Assembly: GCA_050118275.1 (NCBI GenBank)
Contig: JASFLD010000001.1
Coordinates: 1 to 39,263, forward strand
From: Gemmatimonadales bacterium
GTDB taxonomy: Bacteria > Gemmatimonadota > Gemmatimonadetes > Palauibacterales > KS3-K002
Reading direction: 5' to 3'
DNA: 39,263 nt
The translations under genes were made by a program, and so were the position numbers. This document shows, in pieces, positions 25,490 to 33,968 of the stretch (within the stretch, counting starts at the first letter, position 1; every line of letters begins with the position of its first letter). The notes below the pieces were generated by a model, which was not told the origin of the DNA, searched no databases, and worked only from the letters and a program-made list of their open reading frames with translations.

Positions 25490-28400
25490 TCAGTTGGTCT
25501 CCCCTGCGGCGGTAGACGGAGCGTCTCCCCCTCGCTTGCGATGTACGAGGTAGTATATGCTGGGCACCACGACGAGTGTCAGAAGGGTCGAAGCCAGGGC
25601 GCCGGTGATCAAGGCGACGGCGAGGCCTTCGAAGATCGGGTCGAACAGGATGACGATGGCTCCGATCACCACCGTTCCGGCCGTCAAGGCGATGGGACGC
25701 GTACGCACGGCGCCGGCCTCGATGACCGCCTGTTCGAGGTCGATGCCGGCGGACCGGCGAGCCTCGAGGTAGTCGATGAGCAGAATTCCGTTACGAACCA
25801 TGATCCCGGCCAGTGCGATCATGCCGATCATCGACGTAGCCGTGAAGAAGGCCCCGAAGAGCCAGTGGCCGGGCGCGATGCCGATGAGCGTCAAGGGTAT
25901 GGCGGTCATCATGACCAGCGGTGCGACGAACGAGCCGAACCAGGCCACGATGAGGGCGTAGATCAATAGCAGGGCACCGGCGAACGCGATGCCGAGGTCG
26001 CGGAACACTTCGTAGGTGACCTGCCATTCTCCGTCCCATTTCATCACGGGCTGTTCGACCAGGCCGGGCTGTCGTGTATAGAGCTGGCCGAGATAGGCGC
26101 CCGAGGCGAGCTCGATGTCGGCGATCTGTCGCTTGAGGTCGAGGATGGCGTAGACCGGGCTCTCCGCGTCACCGGCGACTTCAGCGGTGACGTAGACGAC
26201 GCGCTCGCCGTTCTTGCGGTCGATGACCTGAGCTGCCGTGCCGAGGTCGGGCCGAACGAGTTGGCTAAGCGGGACTAGGGTGCCCTGCATCGACGCGACG
26301 TGGGTACCGCCCAATCGATCGACGCCGGAACGCTCGGCCTCCTCGAGGCGGAGTCGCACCGGGACTGGGGTGCGGGCGTCCGGTTGGGAGAGATAAGTCA
26401 CGACGGCCCCGCCCAGAGCCATCTGGAGCGATTGGGCGACGGCAGCCTTGGGCACGCCGCTCAGCGCCGCCTTTTCTTCGTCGATCAGCAGCCGCACCTC
26501 GGGCTGCGGGTCGGTGAGCGACCAATCGACATCGACGACGCTGGGATGTTCTTCGAAGAAGTGGCGGACCTGAGAGGCGACCCGGGTCTGTGATTCGACG
26601 TCCGGCCCGTAGACCTCGGCGACGAGCGTAGATAGGACCGGCGGCCCGGGCGGGACTTCGACGACCTTCACCCGGGCGCCGGTGCCCGACCCGATAGCCA
26701 CACGGTCGACGATCGGTCGGACCTTGCGTGCGATGTCGTGGCTCTGGTCGCTCCGCTCCGACTTGTCGACGAGGTTCACCTGAATGTCGGCGACGTTGGA
26801 ACCGCGACGCAGGTAATAGTGGCGGATCATCCCGTTGAAGTTGAAGGGAGCCGCCGTGCCGGCATAGATCTGGATGTCGGAGATCTCGTCCACTTGAGCG
26901 AGCGATCGTCCGATGTCGTCGGCCAGGGCCGCGGTGACCTCGAGCGGTGTCCGCTCGGGCATGTCTATGATGATCTGCATCTCGTTCTTGTCATCGAACG
27001 GCAACATCTTCACCGAGACGGCGCGGGTCAGGAACATCGATGTGGCGCCCAACAGCATCAGCGATACCACGCCCAGCATGGCCCACATCCAGCTCGGCCG
27101 TCTGAGCAGCGGGTCCATGATCTTCTTGTACAAGCGGTAGATCCGCGTCTTCTCCAGCACGTAGGCCGGCCCTTCTCGGCCGGCGTGGCCGCCGCGTAAC
27201 AAGCGGAAGGCGAGCCACGGCGTACAGATCAACGCCACGCCGAGCGAGAACAGCATCGCCACCGTCGCGCCGATCGGCATCGGGCTCATGTACGGCCCCA
27301 TCAGCCCCGAGACGAACAGCATCGGCAGTACCGCAGCGATGACCGTCAACGTGGCGAGGATGGTTGGATTGCCTACCTCGTCGACGGCGGAGCGGGCCGC
27401 AGCGCGTAGTGGACGGTCGCGCATGGCGAAGTGCCGCTCCATGTTCTCGGCGACGATGATCGAGTCGTCGATTACGATGCCGGTCACGAAGATCAAGGCG
27501 AACAGCGTTACGCGGTTCAACGTGTAACCGAAGAACTGGTAGACGAACAGCGTCAGCGCGAACGTGATGGGCACCGAGATCATTACGATCACCGCGCTGC
27601 GCCAGCCCATGGCCAGCGCGACCACGAGGCCCACCGCAATGATCGCCAGGAGCAGGTGCTCTTTCAGCGTCGTGACTTTCTCCCGGGCCGTCTCTCCGTA
27701 GTTGCGGGTGATCGCGGCCTGCACGTCATCCGGAAGCAAGCGGCCGTGCAGCGCATCGATCTTCGCCTCCAGGGACCGCCCCAACTCGGTCGCGTCGGCG
27801 CCCGGCCGCTTCGACACGGCCACCGTCACCATGGGAGCGAGCTCGGTGCCGGGTACCCCGGTGAACGTGTAGGTAGAGACTTCTTCGGGCCCGTCGATCA
27901 CCTCCGCGACATCGGACACTTGCACCAGGGTGCCCTGCCGCACGTCGAGCACCACGGCACCCACGTCGCGGGCCGATTTCAGGAAGGGACCGGCGACGAC
28001 GCGTACGACCTCGTTGCCGCGCGTGAATTGGCCCGCCTGGATGTTCACGTTGGCCGTGCGCAGGCGCTCGGCGATCATGGCGGGATCGACACCGTAGGCG
28101 GCCATCCGATCAGGCGAGAGCTCGACGCGTATCTCACGCGGATAACCGCCGATTACGTCCACATCCCGCACCTCGGGGACCGCCTCGAGTGCGATGCGCA
28201 GCTCGTCTCCCATGGCGCGGAGGGCGGCGTGATCGTAGCCCCCGCCGGAAAGCGTGACGTTGAAGAAGGGCACGTCATCTATGGTTACGGTCTTGACCAG
28301 AGGCATGGTGAAGCCGGGAGGCATGCGATCCGCGTACTTCATCATCGTGGTGAAGAGCCGAACCAGACTCTCCTCCATGTCGCGGCCCACCTCGTAACGA

Positions 28401-28693
28401 ACGGTCACCAGGCCGAACCCCATCTGCGCGTGGCTGTACACGTATTCCACGCCTTCGATGCCGGACAGGACGTTCTCCATCGGGATCAGCAGCCGATTCT
28501 CGACTTCCTCCGGCGTGGCTCCGGGCAACGGCATGTAAATGTCGGCCAGTGGCACGATGATTTGAGGCTCTTCCTCGCTGGGGAGCGTCATCACCGTGAA
28601 AAAACCCAGCGCCAGGGCTGCCGCCATCAAGAGCGGCGTCAGCTTGGAGGTGAGGAATGCGTCAGCCAGTTTTCCTGCAAACTCGGTCCTCAT
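25490..28693 (-). CDS. Efflux RND transporter permease subunit (AcrB/HAE-like)
   Basis: 1067 aa with a 12-TM organisation and two large periplasmic loops. TM4 reads LIFVTGIVIDDSIIVAENMERH, with an Asp-Asp pair. Its ATG overlaps the MFP stop by 4 nt. Confidence 0.95.
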   Translation of the reverse strand: MRTEFAGKLADAFLTSKLTPLLMAAALALGFFTVMTLPSEEEPQIIVPLADIYMPLPGATPEEVENRLLIPMENVLSGIEGVEYVYSHAQMGFGLVTVRYEVGRDMEESLVRLFTTMMKYADRMPPGFTMPLVKTVTIDDVPFFNVTLSGGGYDHAALRAMGDELRIALEAVPEVRDVDVIGGYPREIRVELSPDRMAAYGVDPAMIAERLRTANVNIQAGQFTRGNEVVRVVAGPFLKSARDVGAVVLDVRQGTLVQVSDVAEVIDGPEEVSTYTFTGVPGTELAPMVTVAVSKRPGADATELGRSLEAKIDALHGRLLPDDVQAAITRNYGETAREKVTTLKEHLLLAIIAVGLVVALAMGWRSAVIVMISVPITFALTLFVYQFFGYTLNRVTLFALIFVTGIVIDDSIIVAENMERHFAMRDRPLRAAARSAVDEVGNPTILATLTVIAAVLPMLFVSGLMGPYMSPMPIGATVAMLFSLGVALICTPWLAFRLLRGGHAGREGPAYVLEKTRIYRLYKKIMDPLLRRPSWMWAMLGVVSLMLLGATSMFLTRAVSVKMLPFDDKNEMQIIIDMPERTPLEVTAALADDIGRSLAQVDEISDIQIYAGTAAPFNFNGMIRHYYLRRGSNVADIQVNLVDKSERSDQSHDIARKVRPIVDRVAIGSGTGARVKVVEVPPGPPVLSTLVAEVYGPDVESQTRVASQVRHFFEEHPSVVDVDWSLTDPQPEVRLLIDEEKAALSGVPKAAVAQSLQMALGGAVVTYLSQPDARTPVPVRLRLEEAERSGVDRLGGTHVASMQGTLVPLSQLVRPDLGTAAQVIDRKNGERVVYVTAEVAGDAESPVYAILDLKRQIADIELASGAYLGQLYTRQPGLVEQPVMKWDGEWQVTYEVFRDLGIAFAGALLLIYALIVAWFGSFVAPLVMMTAIPLTLIGIAPGHWLFGAFFTATSMIGMIALAGIMVRNGILLIDYLEARRSAGIDLEQAVIEAGAVRTRPIALTAGTVVIGAIVILFDPIFEGLAVALITGALASTLLTLVVVPSIYYLVHRKRGGDAPSTAAGETN

Positions 28694-29775
28694 CGGACGC
28701 CCTCCGCATTCGCTCGTTGCTCGACGCGGATCGGCGGCGTCCAGTCGATCTCGCGTACGCGACTGACCGGTTGTCCGTCCGTGAGCTCGACCGTCGGCTC
28801 GCGCACCAGCAGCGCCTCAAGGGAAGGTCCGGCGAGCAGCTCGATCGTGCCATCGACGTGTTGGCCCAGGCGGATCCAGCGCAACCTCAGCTGATCGTCT
28901 TCGACTACGAACACCCCCTTGAGTTGGCCGCGGCTCACGACGACGTCCGCCGGAATCCAGCGGGTCGTGGCGCTGGGCTCGCCCAGCTCCAGCCGCACGA
29001 AGGTTCCCGGTGGAATCTCGGGCATCCCGGCCGGCACGGCCCGGAATTGCGCTTCGACGCGGAAACGACGGCTGCGCCGCTCGACGGCCGGGACAAGTCG
29101 CTCCACCGTGGCGGGAAACCGTTCGCCGCTCTCCGGCCAGAACACGGCGGCCTCGGTTCCGACCGCGAGACGCCCCACCAATTCGGCCGGCAGATCGGCC
29201 TCCACCTTCACCCCGCCCGTGCCGATCATCGTCAGAATTGGAACACCTGGCAGAGCCAGGTCGCCGGGATCCGCCATGCGCCCCGTTATGACTCCGGCAA
29301 ACGGAGCTCGCAGAACCACGTAGTCGAGCTGCGAGCGCGCATCCCGCAGGGCCGCCTGCGCCATCTCCAGTCGCGCATCGGCGTCGTCCAGCTCCTGCGC
29401 CGTGGCCGCCCCGTCGGCCGCCAGCGAGGCGATTCGCTCGTGCCACTGACGTGCCAGCTCGGCTGACGCTTCGGCGCCAGCGATGCGCGCTTCGATCTCG
29501 TTGGTATCCAGGTTGGCTAGCGCCTGGCCGGCCGCGACACGAGCGCCGATCCGGACCGACATACGGCGAATCGTGCCGCTGATGCGTGTGGCCAGTTCCG
29601 CTTCCTCCATGGCCACCACGGTAGCCGGAACCGCCTTCAGCGCGTAGGAGGAGACGGCTCTGGAGACGTCGACTTCGACCGGCTGGCCGCTGGACGGTAG
29701 TTCTCCCGGCTCGCCGCCGCAGGCGGCAAACGCGATGGCCAGCAACACCCCGATGGCTCCCTTGACCTGCTTCAT
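28690..29775 (-). CDS. Efflux RND transporter periplasmic adaptor (MFP/HlyD family) lipoprotein
   Basis: Lipobox LAIAFAAC, a lipoyl/hairpin region (ISGTIRRMSVRIGARVAAGQALANLD...LDYVVLRAPFAGVITGR) and a beta-barrel C-terminus. Confidence 0.9.
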   Translation of the reverse strand: MKQVKGAIGVLLAIAFAACGGEPGELPSSGQPVEVDVSRAVSSYALKAVPATVVAMEEAELATRISGTIRRMSVRIGARVAAGQALANLDTNEIEARIAGAEASAELARQWHERIASLAADGAATAQELDDADARLEMAQAALRDARSQLDYVVLRAPFAGVITGRMADPGDLALPGVPILTMIGTGGVKVEADLPAELVGRLAVGTEAAVFWPESGERFPATVERLVPAVERRSRRFRVEAQFRAVPAGMPEIPPGTFVRLELGEPSATTRWIPADVVVSRGQLKGVFVVEDDQLRLRWIRLGQHVDGTIELLAGPSLEALLVREPTVELTDGQPVSRVREIDWTPPIRVEQRANAEGVR

Positions 29776-29777
29776 GT

Positions 29778-31121
29778 CTAGCTCTCTTGATTGGATTGGG
29801 CTCGTACGAACTCGAGTCGCGCCACCGCCATGTAGTAGGCGGCCAAAGCGTCGATCGCCCTATGGCGCATCGACGTGGTTCGGGCCTCGGCTTGCAAGAG
29901 GTCGCTGGCGGTCGCCAGTCCCTCCTCGAACCGGCGCCGCATCAGGTCGCGACCCGCTTCGGCGGCGTCGGAGGCGGCTTGCGTCGCCTCGACCTGTCGC
30001 AGCGCGCTGGCGACGGCCCGCTTCGCCTGATCGATCTCTGCTGCCGCGTCCCGCAAAGCCTGCTCGTACTCGATGTTTGCTATCCGTTTCTGTAGCTTCG
30101 CGCTCTGTATGTCCGCCGAGCGCGCGAAGCCGGTGAACAACGGCCAGCGCAGCATGACCCCAACGGTCCAGTCATCTTCGTCGACCGAGAACGCGTCGGC
30201 GCCGTGCGTCGAGTAGCGGGCGAACGCGTCAACGGCCGGGATCCACGACAGCGTGGCCTGCGTCGAGACCGAGGCGGCCGCGTCGACGGTGGCGGCCAGG
30301 GCCAGCAAGTCGGCCCGAGTGGCAGGATCGTGGTCGACTTCGGTCAACGGCTCGGGCGTCGCCAGCGAGTCCGAAGGGATCGGCAGCGTCTCGGCGCCCC
30401 AGCCCAGGTGTCGCCCGAGGTCCTGAATGGCGTCGAGGCGGGCCCGCCCGGCCTCCAGCATCTGGGCCCGCGCCGCGGCCAACTCGGCCTCCGCCTGCAA
30501 AAGGTCCGCGTCGGTCAGCAGGCCACGCTCGCGGCGCAGGCGAAAGGACTGAACGGTCGCGCTGGTGGCCTCGAGGGCCGTTTCGGCGGCGCCGAGCTTG
30601 GAGGCCGCCGTCTGTGCCCGGTAGTAGAGCAGGCGAGTGACCAGGATGGTAGCTTCGCGCGTGCGAGTCGCGGACCAGTCGGCCGCCTCCTCCTGGTGAC
30701 GGGCCGCGGCGCGTCCGGCCCAGATCTTCGGATCGAGGATGCTCCAGCGCAGACCGAGTGCGGTGGACCAGTCGTCGATCGCCTCGGGATTGTTGAGGAC
30801 TGCGAAGTCCAGATCTTCCGGACCGAAGCGTCCCTGGCGCAGCTTGGTGCCGAAGACGGCCACCGGATCCGCCGAGCGGACGTAGCCGCTCTCGAGAGCC
30901 AGCTGGGGCCACAGCGGGCTGGCCGCCTTGCGGCCCTGGCGGCTGGCGAGGTCACGACGCGCCTCGGCCACGGCCAGGTCGGCATTGCCATCCAGCGCCA
31001 GGGCGACGGCCTCGTCGAGCGAGAGCTGTCGAAGCTGGACGTCGGGTTCCTGAGCGCGTGCGGTGGACGCCAGGGTGGCGAAGGCGAGGGCGATCAAAGT
31101 GCGAGCGGTTAACCTATACAT
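29778..31121 (-). CDS. TolC family outer-membrane efflux protein
   Basis: Signal peptide (LASTARAQE), then LSLDEAVALALDGNADLAVAEA and duplicated coiled-coil/beta repeats typical of OMF proteins. A 2-nt gap separates it from the MFP gene. Confidence 0.9.
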   Translation of the reverse strand: MYRLTARTLIALAFATLASTARAQEPDVQLRQLSLDEAVALALDGNADLAVAEARRDLASRQGRKAASPLWPQLALESGYVRSADPVAVFGTKLRQGRFGPEDLDFAVLNNPEAIDDWSTALGLRWSILDPKIWAGRAAARHQEEAADWSATRTREATILVTRLLYYRAQTAASKLGAAETALEATSATVQSFRLRRERGLLTDADLLQAEAELAAARAQMLEAGRARLDAIQDLGRHLGWGAETLPIPSDSLATPEPLTEVDHDPATRADLLALAATVDAAASVSTQATLSWIPAVDAFARYSTHGADAFSVDEDDWTVGVMLRWPLFTGFARSADIQSAKLQKRIANIEYEQALRDAAAEIDQAKRAVASALRQVEATQAASDAAEAGRDLMRRRFEEGLATASDLLQAEARTTSMRHRAIDALAAYYMAVARLEFVRAQSNQES

Positions 31122-31156
31122 ATTCCTATTATTCTATGTGTGGCGTGCGACGATAC

Positions 31157-31462
31157 TCACATCCGGCAGTAATCGTGAATGCAGTCGATCACCCGGGTGA
31201 CCCTGGCGTCATCTATCCGATAGTAGACGTTCACACCTTCCCGCCGGCTGGCGAGGATCCTCTTGTCCCGCATCAAGTTGAGATGCTGCGAAGCGACCGC
31301 CTGCTCGATACCCAGGGCCTCGTAGATCGCCGTCACGGTTTGCTCGCCTTCGCGGTCGAGCAGCTCGATGATCTTCAAGCGGACCGGGTGGCCGATACAC
31401 TTGAGCATGGCGGCGGCCTGCTGGACCGCTTGCGGGTCGAGATGCTGGTCGTGCTGAATCAA
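31157..31462 (-). CDS. ArsR/SmtB family transcriptional regulator (atypical Cys-bearing sensor)
   Basis: Winged HTH: GHPVRLKIIELL...QTVTAIYEALGIEQAVASQHLNLMRDKRILASRREGVNVYYRI. The ORF-track start at 31672 crosses the promoter island. I prefer TTG at 31462, which has AGGGGG 9 nt upstream. TTG 31471 and ATG 31408 are alternatives. Confidence 0.8.
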   Translation of the reverse strand: MIQHDQHLDPQAVQQAAAMLKCIGHPVRLKIIELLDREGEQTVTAIYEALGIEQAVASQHLNLMRDKRILASRREGVNVYYRIDDARVTRVIDCIHDYCRM

Positions 31463-31491
31463 TTGTGCCAACCCCCTGCAAAGTTGGCTCC

Positions 31492-31519
31492 ATAATATAT
31501 AGATATATGAATATGTCAA
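31492..31519 (-). promoter_or_regulatory. Near-consensus sigma-70-type promoter (TTGACA-16 nt-TATTAT) in an AT-rich island, with a probable ArsR operator
   Basis: The minus strand reads TTGACATATTCATATATCTATATATTATGG. It is the only extended AT-rich stretch in this part of a GC-rich window and lies 20-50 nt upstream of the arsR-like start. Confidence 0.5.
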
Positions 31520-31695
31520 CCCGCGTGCCCCGGCCCGCTCTCCGCCGAATCCGCATCCGTTTGACCCGTCCCTGCTCCGCGCCGACGTCTCCACGCCCGG
31601 GTTCGGGGCCTCGCCGCTTCCTCGCACCGCTTGCCCTCGGCTATGCCACGACGAAAGATTAATCTGCTCCAACCCGCGCGCTCAGGAGGCGTTCT

Positions 31696-32097
31696 GTGGA
31701 AATCAGGCCGAACCGGCTCGTCTATCTCGGGTATGGCAAGTACTGGCGGTCCGACCAGATCGTTGGGCTCGTGCCCATCGAGGATGATCGAGGTCCTGGC
31801 CGTCGCACGCATGTGCACGTGGCCACACTGACGCAGCCGATCGTCGCCTCGCGCTCCGAGGAGGCCATCCGGCGCGAGATGGCGGCCGCCAGCGCCGAGG
31901 AGTTCAAGGTAGAGGAGATGCGTACGGCTGTGACCGATTTCCTCGAGGATTTGTCCACCCTCTCGCCCGTCTTGCGACGCGTGCTGATGAGCGAGGGGGG
32001 CATCGATGTGCGCCGTTGGGAAGATCGCTTCCGCCGACTGATGGCCCAGGAGGAGGCCGCCTCCGAGCAGGAGGATCTCTTCGGTGTCAACGACTAG
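31696..32097 (+). CDS. Hypothetical protein; the N-terminal ~55 aa resemble a shortened RemA/DUF370 fold, with an acidic helical C-terminal half
   Basis: GTG start with AGGAGG 6 nt upstream, and high GC3 throughout. LVYLGYGKYWRSDQIVGLVP...GRRTHVHVATLTQPIVASRSEEAI resembles B. subtilis RemA as I recall it (LINIGFGNIISANRMISIVSP...[25 protein letters not shown]). Confidence 0.6.
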   Translation: MEIRPNRLVYLGYGKYWRSDQIVGLVPIEDDRGPGRRTHVHVATLTQPIVASRSEEAIRREMAAASAEEFKVEEMRTAVTDFLEDLSTLSPVLRRVLMSEGGIDVRRWEDRFRRLMAQEEAASEQEDLFGVND

Positions 32098-32192
32098 TTG
32101 AAAGCGCGGGTTGCAGCAACGAAAGTGACAAATCTGTCACTAGCCGATCCGCTCGGTGACGCCCGCTCGCGGCGCTGCCGGCACTTCGCTGG

Positions 32193-33968
32193 GTGATACT
32201 TCTTAGTGTGATCGATCGCGTTCCGAGTCTCGTTTCGCTCATGCTCTTGGTCGTCCCGCTGCCCCTCGCGGCGCAGGAGGTGGAGCGTTGTGAGGCGGGG
32301 CAAATCGCGAGCATCGACATCGTGCGTCGCCCGGTCTTCGATTCGAGCAGCAACGGCACGCTCTCGAAGCTGTACACCGCCGCCAACTGGCTCCATGTCG
32401 AGACACGGGAGGATGTGGTCCGCCGCGAGTTGTTGTTCCAAACGGGGGACTGCTTCGATCCGCTGCTCCTAAGCGAGAGCGAGCGTTTTCTCCGTAATTT
32501 CCGCTTCATCGAATCGGCGAGAGTCAGAGCGCACAGGCGCCCCGACGGGGATGTGGACGTCGTAGTCGAGACCCACGACGACTGGAGCTTGCGCTTAGAG
32601 CCTCGATTCAATCTGGGCGGCGGCTTCGCCATCAGCGGCATCGGGATTACGGAACGGAACATCGCCGGCCGGGGCAGCACGATCGAGATCCTTTACTTTG
32701 ACCGGTCCGGACCAGACGACTTGGGACTCAGCTACTTCGATCCCCAGTTGTTGGGAACCCGCACGAATCTCGTCCTCAGCGGTATCCGCACCGAGCCGGG
32801 TTGGACCGTCGACTTCTCGCTGGCGTATCCCTTCCTCGGTCTGGTCGGTCGGCGATCGGCGTTCCAGCAGACCTTCTACAGCGAGCGCCGGTTTCGCTAT
32901 GTCGCCACCGACTCGGATGAGGGTGACACTCCCGAATACCTTCAGCCGCTGACTCACAAGCTGTTCGAGTTCGGTGGTGCTTTCAGAAGAGCGACGGGAC
33001 GCCGCGGAATCTCCGTCAAACAGGCGACCTTGGGTCTGACCGTGTCCTACGAGGATCTCCGGTACGGGCAGGGCTTCTATCGCGACTCGCTGGCGGCGGC
33101 CCAGCTTGGACTACTGCGCGGCTCCGAGGACGCTCAACTGTCGACGCAGCTGAGCCCGCGTAAGACTCTGCGCACGAATCTGCTGCTGGGCTATCGTGGC
33201 CTCAGGTATGTACAGCGATCGGGCGTGAGCACCTTGCGTGGCCTCGAGGACCTCGCGATCGGTGGCACGTCGAACATCGTCGTGGGCCTGGCGGAGAAGG
33301 CGCTGGGCGCGGACGACTCTCACGTACTACTGGGAGTCGATCTCTACGGCGGAGCACGGGTCGTGGGAGACTGGTTCTCGCTGCTGCGGATCGACGGGGA
33401 AGCTCTGAGGGACTTCGATACGGATCGATGGCGCGATGTGTTCGCCGCCGTCGAATGGACGAACCTCTGGATCATCAACTCGCGGAGCGTGGCCGAGGTC
33501 ACGGCGCGCTTCAGGTCGGGTTGGGAGACGACGGTACCGTTTCAGCTCACGTTGGGCGGGCCCTGGGGGCTCGCCGGGTACGCGCCGGACCGTTATCCAG
33601 GAGGGGCCCGGCTGGCTGTCCGAGCCGAGAACCGATATCGACTGACAACCGTCGGACGGTTGCTAGATCTGGGCAGTACGGTCTTTCTGGACGTCGGCAG
33701 GATGTGGGCCAACGACGCGGCTTTCGGCGTGAATTCGGGGCTGCGGGCCTCCGTCGGATTGGGAGTACGCTTGGCTTCGCCCACGGGAAGCCGAACCACC
33801 TATCGGTTGCAAACGGCGTTTCCCATCGAGGCGGGAGTAAGCGCCCGCGACATCGTGTTCACGCTGCAGATCGATCGGTTGTTTGGGCTGGAAAGCGGCC
33901 CGACGGATGCTCAACTGGACCGGAGCCGCGACCTGGCGGTCCGGTACGGCGGATACCATCTGCGGTAG
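32193..33968 (+). CDS. Omp85 superfamily (BamA/TamA-like) outer-membrane protein with one POTRA domain
   Basis: Signal peptide, then a POTRA-like segment (IASIDIVRRPVFD...VRRELLFQTGDCFDPLLLSESERFLRNFRFIESARV...VDVVVETHD). Barrel signatures include ITERNIAGRGSTIEILY and GLGVRLASPTGSRTTYRLQTAFPI. Confidence 0.8.
   Translation: MILLSVIDRVPSLVSLMLLVVPLPLAAQEVERCEAGQIASIDIVRRPVFDSSSNGTLSKLYTAANWLHVETREDVVRRELLFQTGDCFDPLLLSESERFLRNFRFIESARVRAHRRPDGDVDVVVETHDDWSLRLEPRFNLGGGFAISGIGITERNIAGRGSTIEILYFDRSGPDDLGLSYFDPQLLGTRTNLVLSGIRTEPGWTVDFSLAYPFLGLVGRRSAFQQTFYSERRFRYVATDSDEGDTPEYLQPLTHKLFEFGGAFRRATGRRGISVKQATLGLTVSYEDLRYGQGFYRDSLAAAQLGLLRGSEDAQLSTQLSPRKTLRTNLLLGYRGLRYVQRSGVSTLRGLEDLAIGGTSNIVVGLAEKALGADDSHVLLGVDLYGGARVVGDWFSLLRIDGEALRDFDTDRWRDVFAAVEWTNLWIINSRSVAEVTARFRSGWETTVPFQLTLGGPWGLAGYAPDRYPGGARLAVRAENRYRLTTVGRLLDLGSTVFLDVGRMWANDAAFGVNSGLRASVGLGVRLASPTGSRTTYRLQTAFPIEAGVSARDIVFTLQIDRLFGLESGPTDAQLDRSRDLAVRYGGYHLR

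Noticed and set aside
27431-28894. 487-aa ORF antisense to the RND pump and adaptor genes
   Set aside because: It is a shadow ORF spanning a gene junction, His/Arg/Asp/Gly-rich and without motifs.
30204-31112. 302-aa plus-strand ORF and other long frames opposite the TolC gene
   Set aside because: These are shadow ORFs with Arg/Gly-rich composition. TolC on the minus strand explains the region.
31463-31672. 70-codon N-terminal extension of the ArsR ORF
   Set aside because: The extension runs through the AT-rich promoter island and encodes Gly/Arg/Ser-rich junk. ArsR-family proteins are about 100 aa.
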